A stretch of DNA of 64,000 nt from Obrimoposthia wandeli (Eukaryota). The notes under the pieces are model-generated. The model was not told the origin of the DNA and made no database searches. It saw only the letters and a program-made list of their open reading frames with translations. How positions within the stretch are numbered: position 1 is the first letter of the stretch; every line of letters starts with the position of its first letter. The position numbers and the translations under genes are program-made. The stretch lies in NCBI GenBank assembly GCA_977020255.1, contig CDROCS010004875.1, positions 1-64,000 of the forward strand. Reading direction: 5' to 3'. Below, one piece after another: positions 37,801-49,800 of the stretch.

Positions 37801-40800
37801 TAACCTTAAACTATAAAAATATTTTAATTATAAAGTTAGTAGCTGTACCCCGCCCACTGCATATAACATAAATTTCAAATATAAAGTACTATTAAGTTTA
37901 TTATTTCGAATAGTAAATGTTTTTTCGAGTTATTTAATTTTGTTTACTAGACATTCGAAAATTTACTTGTAAACTACAATATTTATTTGTTGTTGTATAT
38001 ATTTAGTTTAAAATGTTGTAAGTTATTACTTTAATATAATTTTCAACAAAAACTTCAAGTAGTTTACTTATTAAACATAAGTTTAATGTTTTGTACAATA
38101 AATTGACTTGTAAACATAATTTATTTTGATATATTTTCAATTTAATATGTTGTAAGTTATTACTTTAATATAATTTACAACAAAAACTTCAAGTAATTTA
38201 CTTGTAAACTACAATATTTATTTGTTGTTGTATATATTCAGTTTAAAATGTTGTAAGTTATTACTTTAATATAATTTTCAACAAAAACTTCAAGTAGTTT
38301 ACTTATTAATCATAATATTAATGATTTGATCAATAAATTGACTTGTAAACATAATATAATTTGCATATTTTACAATTTAATATATTGTAAGTTATTACTA
38401 TAATATTACATTACATAAAAAAATTAATTGATAGTTTACTATCGTTTACAATAAATTGACTTGTAAACATAATATATTTATGCATATATTCACTTTAATA
38501 TGTTGTAAGTTATTACTTTATTATAATTTTCAACAAAAACTTCAAGTAGTTTACTTATTAAACATAAGTTTAATGTTTTGTACAATAAATTGACTTGTAA
38601 ACATAATTTATTTTGGTATATTTTCAATTTAATATGTTGTAATTTATTACTTTAATATAATTTACAACAAAAACTTCAAGTAATTTACTTGTAAACTACA
38701 ATATTTATTTTATTGTTGTATATATTCAGTTTAAAATGTTGTAAGTTAATACTTTAATATAATTTACAACCAAATCTTCAAGTAATTTACTTATTAATCA
38801 TAATTTTAATGATTTGATCAATAAATTGACTTGTAAACATAATATAATTTGCATATTTTCAATTTAATATATTGTAAGTTAATACTGTAATATTTCATTA
38901 CATAAAAAGTAATTCATAGTTTACTGTCGTAAATTGACTTGTAAACATAATATATTTATGCATATATTCACTTTAAAATGTTGTAAGTTATTACTTTAAT
39001 ATAATTTTTAAACAAAAACTTCAAGTAGTTTACTTATTAAACATAAGTTTAATGTTTTGTACAATAAATTGACTTGTAAACATAATTCATTTTGGTATAT
39101 TTTCAATTTAATATGTTGTAAGTTATTACTTTAATATAATTTACAACAAAAACTTCAAGTAATTTACTTGTAAACTACAATATTTATTTGTTGTTGTATA
39201 TATTCAGTTTAAAATGTTGTAAGTTATTACTTTAATATAATTTTTAAACAAAAACTTCAAGTAGTTTACTTATTAAACATAAGTTTAATGTTTTGTACAA
39301 TAAATTGACTTGTAAACATAATTCATTTTGGTATATTTTCAATTTAATATGTTGTAAGTTATTACTTTAATATAATTTACAACCAAATCTTCAAGTAATT
39401 TACTTATTAATCATAATTTTAATTATTTGATCAATAAATTGACTTGTAAACATAATATAATTTGCATATTTTCAATTTAATATATTGTAAGTTAATACTG
39501 TAATATTTCATTACATAAAAAGTAATTCATAGTTTACTGTCGTTTACAATAAATTGACTTGTAAAAATAATATATTTATGCATAACATAATATATTCACT
39601 TTAAAATGTTGTAAGTTATTACTTTAATATAATTTTCAACAAAAAAAAAACTTCAAGTAGTTTACTTATTAAACATAAGTTTAATGTTTTGTACAATAAA
39701 TTGACTTGTAAACATAATTTATTTTGGTATATTTTCAATTTAATATGTTGTAAGTTATTACTTTAATATAATTTACAACAAAAACTTCAAGTAATTTACT
39801 TGTAAACTACAATATTTATTTGTTGTTGTATATATTCAGTTTAAAATGTTGTAAGTTATTACTTTAATATAATTTTCAACAAAAACTTCAAGTAGTTTAC
39901 TTATTAATCATAATATTAATGATTTGATCAATAAATTGACTTGTAAACATAATATAATTTGCATATTTTCAATTTAATATATTGTAAGTTATTACTATAA
40001 TATTACATTACATAAAAAAATTAATTGAAAGTTTACTATCGTTTACAATAAATTGACTTGTAAACATAATATATTTATGCATATATTCACTTTAATATGT
40101 TGTAATTTATTACTTTAATATAATTTACAACAAAAACTTCAAGTAATTTACTTGTAAACTACAATATTTATTTTATTGTTGTATATATTCAGTTTAAAAT
40201 GTTGTAAGTTAATACTTTAATATAATTTACAACCAAATCTTCAAGTAATTTACTTATTAATCATAATTTTAATGATTTGATCAATAAATTGACTTGTAAA
40301 CATAATATAATTTGCATATTTTCAATTTAATATATTGTAAGTTAATACTGTAATATTTCATTACATAAAAAGTAATTCATAGTTTACTGTCGTAAATTGA
40401 CTTGTAAACATAATATATTTATGCATATATTCACTTTAAAATGTTGTAAGTTATTACTTTATTATAATTTTTAAACAAAAACTTCAAGTAGTTTACTTAT
40501 TAAACATAAGTTTAATGTTTTGTACAATAAATTGACTTGTAAACATAATTCATTTTGGTATATTTTCAATTTAATATGTTGTAAGTTATTACTTTAATAT
40601 AATTTACAACAAAAACTTCAAGTAATTTACTTGTAAACTACAATATTTATTTGTTATTATATATATTCAGTTTAAAATGTTGTAAGTTATTACTTTAATA
40701 TAGTGACAATTTGACTTGTAAACATAATTCATTTTGGTATATTTTCAATTTAATATGTTGTAAGTTATTACTTTAATATAATTTACAACCAAATCTTCAA

Positions 40801-43800
40801 GTAATTTACTTATTAATCATAATTTTAATTATTTGATCAATAAATTGACTTGTAAACATAATATAATTTGCATATTTTCAATTTAATATATTGTAAGTTA
40901 TTACTATAATATTACATTATATAAAAAGTAATTGATAGTTTACTATCGTTTACAATAAATTGACTTGTAAACATAATTTATTTTGATATATTTTCAATTT
41001 AATATGTTGTAAGTTATTACTTTAATATAATTTACAACAAAAACTTCAAGTAATTTACTTGTAAACTACAATATTTATTTGTTGTTGTATATATTCAGTT
41101 TAAAATGTTGTAAGTTATTACTTTATTATAATTTTCAACAAAAACTTCAAGTAGTTTACTTATTAATCATAATATTAATGATTTGATTAATAAATTGACT
41201 TGTAAACATAATATAATTTGCATATTTTCAATTTAATATATTGTAAGTTAATACTGTAATATTTCATTACATAAAAATTAATTCATAGTTTACTGTCGTT
41301 TACTATAAATTTACTTGTAAACATAATATATTTATGCATTTATTCACTTTAATACGTTTTAAGTTATTAGAATTTGTGTTCTTGTATTCAATGATTAACT
41401 TTTATTAAACTATTATATAACATTGAAATGTTTAAAATACTTGAGCAAAATAAATTAATTTAATAAAAGGATATTAAAATGTATTTTAGTTTAAGATTTA
41501 AAAAAAATGAGGTTATACGAAGTTAATCTAGTTTAAAAAAAAACAATTAATACCAAAATTACTTACCAGAATGTCGAAATAATAAACTTAATAGTACTTT
41601 ATATTTGAAATTTATGTTATATGCAGTGGGCGGGGTACAGCTACTAACTTTATAATTAAAATATTTTTATAGTTTAAGGTTAAAATAACTTGATAAAAAC
41701 CACAATAATGTGATAAAGAATATTATTTAACATATAAAATGAATTTTTGAAGAAATAAATTGAATATTCATATTATATTAAACGGACAATGACAAAAAAT
41801 ATCAAGTAATTTAAAAAATCAAACTATCGACACTCTTATTTTTTAAATTATATTCACTTGCTAAACCCACTTACTTGTATTGAAATTCATACTATCAATC
41901 ACTTGCTTGTCATACTTGCATTCAATCTAACTATAATTTATTCAACGAAAACTCTATTTTAATTTACTTATAGTCTAAATTACACTTGCATTCAATCAAA
42001 CTATCGACACTCTTATTTTTAAAATTACATTCACTTGCTAAACCCACTTACTTGTATTGAAATTCATACTATCATTCACTTGCTCGTCATACTTGCATTC
42101 AATCTAACTATAATTTATTCAACGAAAACTCTATTTTAATTTACTTATAGTCTAAATTACACTTGCATTCAATCAAACTATCGACACTCTTATTTTTAAA
42201 TTACATTCACTTGCTAAACCCACTTACTTATATTGAAATTCATACTATCAATCACTTGCTCGTCATACTCGCATTCAATCTAACTATAATTTATTCAACG
42301 AAAACTCTATTTTAATTTACTTATAGTCTAAATTACACTTGCATTCAATCAAACTATCGACACTCTTATTTTTAAATTACATTCACTTGCTAAACCCGCT
42401 TACTTGTATTGAAATTCAAACTATCATTCACTTGCTCGTCATACTTGCATTCAATCTAACTATAATTTATTCAACGAAAACTCTATTTTAATTTACTTAT
42501 AGTCTAAATTACACTTGCATTCAATCAAACTATCGACACTCTTATTTTTAAAATTACATTCACTTGCTAAACCCGCTTACTTGTATTGAAATTCAAACTA
42601 TCATTCACTTGCTCGTCATACTTGCATTCAATCTAACTATAATTTATTCAACGAAAACTCTATTTTAATTTACTTATAGTCTAAATTACACTTGCATTCA
42701 ATCAAACTATCGACACTCTTATTTTTTTTAAATTACATTCACTTGCTAAGACTCTTACTTGTAAATGACATTCATACTTGCATGCATAATTTTATTCATT
42801 TACATTCATTCTACCTCTCATTTATTCAAACTCTCATTCAAATATTCAAATAAATTAATATTTTTTACTAATTTTCTATTAATTCCGTTGTAACTTAGTC
42901 GTTGAAACGAAAAGAATGTATAAAGAATGGACTTTCTTACTTTGTAAATGTTATTCACTTAAGTTTGAAGATGATATTATGAAATTACATAATAAATGTG
43001 TTTAATTTTGTATTATTCTCTGACTTCTTTCTTATTTTATTTTTTATTTTAATATATAATTGAAGTTATTTAAAGAAATTTTATCATAATTCTATAAATG
43101 TGAAAGCCTAGGAAAAACTTTGATCTAAATTTCACATAAAATAGTATGTGTGTGATTACGTAATACATTCATTAACTTATAAGAGTGAACTTTAGTTTAA
43201 ATTTCACATAAAATAGTGTATGTGTGTGTTAAAAACCACATTTCTTAATTGATAAGTGTGAACTTTATCCTAAATTTTCATTATGGACTAGATCACAAAA
43301 AAGAAGGGTGGAGACTAAGCCACTTGACCCTTTGAATTAGTGGTTAACCAAAAAGAAGGGTGGAGACTAGATCACTAAAAGAAGGGTGGAGACTAAGCCA
43401 ATTGACCCTTTCATAGTGGTATATCTCAAAAAGAAGGGTGGAGACTAAGCCACTTGACCCTTTCATAGTGGTATATCTCAAAAAGAAGGGTGGAGACTAA
43501 TCCACTTGACCCTTTCATAGTGGTATATCTCAAAAAGAAGGGTGGAGACTAAGCCACTTGACCCTTTCATAGTGGTATATCTCAAAAAGAAGGGTGGAGA
43601 CTAAGCCACTTGACCCTTTAAACTATGGATGACCATAGTGGTATATCAAAGAAGGATGGAGTCTAGATCACTTGACCCCTCCCCGCTACCCCTCCCCTCC
43701 CCGCCTCCCGCCTCCTAAAGGGTGTCATACCATAAGGGTGTCTTGCCATACCATAAGGGTATATGTTGGGTCACCGGAGGTGAGGCAACATATACCCTTA

Positions 43801-46800
43801 TGGTGTGGCGAGACATCCTTATGGTATGTCACCCTTTAGGGGGGGGTCAAGTGGTCTAGACTCCATCCTTCTACCTACTAAGAAAATTTAGAAGTTTTGG
43901 TAAATTATGATTTTAAATTGTGCCACTTCAATAAAGAAAGACATACATCGTACCCAATTACAGTTTGAGAATAAATTGAAGACGTTACAAAATGAAGCTG
44001 GATGAATGTATAGTTAACTCCAACCACTGATCCTCTGGCTAGAAGGATGAAACATTCTCTTTTATTCTCGGAAAGACAACAGAAACAATTAAGACACCAA
44101 CGCCACCGGGTTCAGATCAGTGTACTTTTCTGCTAGCCAGCAAGAGCTAGCTGCCTCTAAATTCCGAGCAGTCACAAAGTAGACTTGATTAAATATTTAT
44201 TCTCCGAGGTATTGCGACTCCCACACAAGATTGGCAGCGTCATTGTTTTCTTGGCTGCACCAGACTTGTACCCCCAAAATGTATTGATTTAGTTGCCATG
44301 CCATTGCGACTTGTGTCAACTTAACAGACACTGACGCCAACAACTCGCGCAATATGCAGATTGTCTTTCTGTGAAGAAGTAATGCGATGCTGTGGAATAG
44401 ATTTAACCAAAACTATTTCATTTACATGGTGGAAAATTTTATTTCTTCCCTATATAATTACCCTTTTTCTACTATTAAACGTTAACCACAGATTAAATGG
44501 AAAAATTTTAAAAAAAAATACTATAAAAGTTATAAATGAATTTTTAAAAAATATCACATACAAAGCGTGTATTAAACGCAAATATTTAATTTGTAATAAA
44601 CATCGCAACAAATAATCGAAAAATTAAATTGCATATTTTCTTGAAAAAATTTGTTTATGAATAAAATCTGGAAAATAAAGACAAATAACAATAATTTTAT
44701 TAAGCATTACAAATTGTAATAATTGTAAGCCATCAATTTTGTGGGGGAAATTGAATAAAGTAGAATTTGATAGGGTCTTTGTTTTTAAAAGTTCTGAATA
44801 AATGAAACATCGACAGAACGAGATTTGGTGATAGTTCATTTAACGAATATTTCTCATCTCATGAGCAGCAATTTTTGGCGAGATGAATTTGCGAAGGTTT
44901 TGGGAAAGATCTAACTGTCCAATTAACACAAATAGCAATGAAATTATTTTTCAGTGTCTAGGTAACATTTCCTATGTAACATCCTGCCTGTATGCACTCC
45001 CATGATATAGAACCCTGAAAACAATATCAGCGTTCCTAGCAGCGAAATCAAGCTTCTGGCCCAAAGATTCATCGAAACGCCAAGTCACTAGTCATTACCG
45101 TTATAGTTAAATCCAGCACTCTACCAACCAAAAGAGAGAATTGGTGAAGTTGATAGATTTCATTACTTTAAAAACACCTTAACCGACTAAATTCCAAGCG
45201 ACATTTAATATACTTTACAATCCCATCTATTTGACATTGTATATATAATAATTTGTAGAATCCTTTCTTCTGATTCATGAATTTTTCTCAATGATTTTTC
45301 ATTTTTTTGAATCGTTTTCTTTACATTTAAAGAGTAAATAACATATTAAATAATTAAAGTTCAACTAATTAAAGTTAACTAACATAGCCATCATTTCTAA
45401 TACAGCCAGGAAAAGGAAAATAACCTTGACGTAGAGTAGACGTTGAATTTTAAACAAAAATGAAAAATTACCCAGTTTAAAAATAAATGAGATTTTTTAT
45501 TTATTAATGATTTGAAAAATTAAAACAATAGAAATTTATTGTAAAATTTCATTTACAACTAACTTCAAATTCAAAATTTTCATTAAAATAAACAGTATAA
45601 AAACCTGACAAAAAGTTAAAAAGGTAATATAATTCTCACTTTTGGAATCCACATTGGCCATTGCAGAAGAATCCTGCAAATCTTTGTCAGCAACTCCGGT
45701 AGTAGAAGTTGCCTGTTGGTTCTTCTTGTTCGCAACGACAGCGGCTAATAGAGCGCTGGCTGCAGTGGTTGAGGCAACACTGTTAGCAGAAGACGAGGAT
45801 ACTGTGGCAGCTATTGGAGCAGCAGCAACAGGAGTTGTGGTCGAAGAAGAAGAAGCAGCAGTTGCAGTGGTGGCAGTAGCAAGAGTGTTGACTGACGACA
45901 TGAGAGCATTACTGCTGGTGTTGGTGCTGTTTTGATTGGCTGCAGATTGGTTGCTGCTGTTTGTGATGCTCTTGGCTACTGAAGACAGACAGATTCTAAT
46001 GTGAATGGTGGTGATCAGGGACAAAGTGTCACCGCTACCATTGTATCGTGTGTTGGTGTGTCTTACAGCACAACAAGAACTTACTATATTGTTATTTTAA
46101 TTTGTCAAGGTCATCACAACAACAAAAATTATTTACCTTTTCCAATTTTTCATTTTAAGAACATTAGTGTATTTTTAAAAATTGTCTAGTACAGTCAAAA
46201 TTTTATCTAAAGTAATTTAATTTTAATTGTGTGTTGATATTTCAATTATTATAACCAAAGTCACTCAACTACGAAATAATAATTTTATGTGACACATTCA
46301 CTTTTTAATCAATAAATTGTGTGTAACAAGAAATTAGGGAATATAATTAAGACACCACATACTCAAAAGATCAACACCAGATTTACATGCATTTATTGCT
46401 GTGAAATTGATCAGTAAAGTGTCCAGTCAGCTACTTAATTACATTAACAGAATTTTTATTCGTTGAAAAAACATTAAATTTATTTATTGCATTAGATACC
46501 ATACAGTAAAAATTAAAATGTTGCAAATGAAACTTTAAATCGTGATTTCAATGTAAAAAACAACAACAAAATTTAATAAATTCGTACAATGTAAAAATAA
46601 AAGCTAATGTAAAATTTTGTGTGAAAGGATACATCTACGTTATGTATACATTATTTAAGAACAAATATGAATAATTAAAATGTTTTAATCATATACTTAT
46701 GTTAGTCAGTATGCAATATTTATTATTTTTTAAAAATTCGAGAGAAAAACTTTAAACAATAAAGAAATTTAGAAAACGATATAATTTTTAACTTAATTTA

Positions 46801-49800
46801 TTTTAAATATTCTGTTGAATTTTTTATTCCTTAATCGTCATATTTTACAAATAGGGTCATTTTTAAAAAAAAACATGTAGGTGAATACCAAAGTCTAATT
46901 AAATTATTTTTTATTGTTATTTAAAATTCAAATAAAATCAGGAAATTCATAAATTTTACAATAATAAAGTGAAGTCATATTTTAAAAATATGAAATATGA
47001 AAACAATAATCTTAGTTAAGATTTTAGTATATCTGCACCATTTTCTATATTACTTGGTTTTAAAAGCATGGTATATTTCTAAAAAAAAGCATTTAATTTT
47101 TTCTCAAAAATTTCCTATTATAAAAAAGATTTTTTAAATAAATTTGTCAAAATTTTCAGTTTAATATAATTATAGAAGAAAAAATATCATTTGTAAAATA
47201 GGAAATCTAAAGAAATAATTATAAATTATGACAGTTGAAAATTTCAAAATCATGTTATCTTGCTTTTCAAAGAAATGAAAAAGTAATAAAATTATACAAT
47301 AAATCATTATATAGGATATCCCATATTTATTTATCGAAAAAATATTCCATAAATAAAATTTGTAACCTATTCTGAATTTTCCATATTTGTGATTTAAATA
47401 AAATTCATGTGATATTAGAATATAAATAAGGATATTTAGAATTTTTATTAAAGATATTCAAGAACAAATTATGTACCAGAATGTCATATTCCAAAAAAAA
47501 CATTAAAAATTTACATTTATACGATAAATTACACGTATATGCTTATTAAAATTATGAAAATAAATATCATCATAACATTTTCTTTTTGCGCCCTGTGACC
47601 TTGGCCTCATAATTTAACTCTATTTGTATGAGCACAATTACTGATTTTATAAACTGTATATAATGATTAACAGTTAACTGCCCATAACTATTGTATAGTT
47701 TGCTTCCACAATTTTGATACTGCAGTTGTTCCTGTTGCTTTACCTCCCAATTTCACATTGGATAACCTCAATAATGAACGAATAAATAAAAACAATGCTC
47801 TTTAAAAATAAGTATCTGTTCTTAAAGTATTTTACTTGGGTAGGGCCTGGGACATACCTTGTGTCTTTTCTCCTTTCTGAAGGGACACATTTTGGATATT
47901 TTCGCGCATGATTTATGAGACTTAATTCTTTTGGTTCATAATGTTTTATAACGAAAGCAAAGGAACATAAAAAGATATAAGATTTAATAATATATTTAAA
48001 TCACGAAGAAAGAGGGATTTTAAATAAGTGCCTAAAATAGAACACAAATAAATAGAAATTGTTGTTGAATACAACAGGATTTTGTCATTTTACTCATTCT
48101 ACTGATATTTTACTTTTAATATTTTTATTCAGGCATTAGATGCAAATTAAAAACATGAGAAGAAAAAACTGGAATTAATGAAATATAACTGAAATATTTC
48201 AGCAAAATATGCAATTTCCAATTGTTGAATGATACTGAGACATTTTCGACATATTTAGATGAAGTAAAATCACTGATATCAAAGTTATTTTATTGCAATT
48301 TTCCTAATAATACCGTAAAATGATTAACTTTTAATTATTTTGTTCACATACCTTTTTTTCATCTTAAACTTCAAAAAAACATATCCACAAAGCGCTTCTT
48401 TAATTTATTTTCTTATTATTTTTTTTAGAATATACATAAAATTGTAAGTCATTACCGAGTCACTATCGGAATTTATAAGGCCTGGCTTGTCAACAAAACT
48501 GCTTGATTTGGCCAGTTACCGCATGATGCTGCTACCAGGCCAAATCAAGCCAATACTCAACTGGTAATTGCAGAGGTCGCTAATCCGAAATTCGCATTGG
48601 ACAACAAATAATACACTTCCAGTCGCAACTCATTCGTCCATACCCCTCTTTGACTTCACTGAGTCAACTCGAGTTAGGCATGAAGAATACAAAAAACAAC
48701 AATTACAAAAGCAGCAGCAGCAAAACATTCACAAAACGATAAGCTTGGCACTTAAAAAGTTGTTGGACCATTGAATCCGTCGATACAGCAATTTAAGAAC
48801 AATTTTAAGACAAATAATTAATTTCTTACAATACGGAACCATGAGCTCGCATTGCCGACAATACCCTGAACAGAATGAAACCTCAGTTTATACAAACACT
48901 ATTTCCAAAAGTAGATCCATCCGCTCGAAATGATTGGTCACACACCACAAGGAACATATAGTAACGTAACCATTCCACTGAGATGTCCTTGGCAAGGAAC
49001 AGTTGCGACCTGGATCTCTAACATTTAGTTAAGTAACTCGACCAATACGACATAGATCTCGCAGCGTCCACTTCAATTCCTCTCCATCGGTTAATACCGA
49101 AGCAACACGTCCCACGCCATCCCTTACTTGAACTATGTCGACTATCCTTACGAAAGGCCATGCTCCACGTTCATTCTTTTTATCCAAAACTAACACCACG
49201 TTTCCTCTTTTCAACGGACTTCCTTCCACCGCACTCAAACATGATTTGTTAATTCTTGAATTCTCTTCCCTCTCCCCTGCAACCTTCTTGATGTATTTAA
49301 TAACTCGCAACAAAATTAAGCGGCTCAATTAAAAAATGATTTAGTGTCAAAACTTCAAACTCCTTTTTGTCCATTCACTTTCTGCCAATGGGAAAGGAAT
49401 TTACTAACTGCTCAATGTCTATTAGTACCGTCACCTGCTCCTTGTCGGTCACATCTGCTTCCCATAGAACTTTCTTCATTGCAATTTTTACTGATTTTAA
49501 AAATGATTTCGAAATGAAGCAACCAGTGAGAATTGAATACCCATCTGATATCGTTCTCAGCCAACTCTTTCTTCACTTTATAGCTGTCAATTACAAATTC
49601 GTTTACATCATTTGCAGCTCCAACAAAGTTTGTCCCATTATCAGAAACAACAAACTCTGGTCGTCTACTTCTTCCTACGAATATCTTAAAGGCTCTAAGA
49701 AATGAGTCCTTGTCAAGAACCTGGGATAACTCTACATGTATCGCTCTAACTTGTAAACATATAAAATACAAATGTTTCTGTTTTCTCTCTTCTTTCCTCG

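Larger units (their letters stand above)
35919..43879. mobile_element. Element B: 7961-bp non-autonomous Polinton-type foldback element with a satellite core
   Basis: Termini AGTAGGTAGAAGG...CCTTCTACCTACT. Perfect 6-bp TSD AAGAAA (35913-35918 and 43880-43885). Inverted arms 35919-37909 and 41574-43879. No credible ORF. Confidence 0.92.

Noticed and set aside
37960-41340. Organellar DNA, telomeric or centromeric array
   Set aside because: No organellar genes or telomere motif, and the array is bounded by the arms and TSD of element B.
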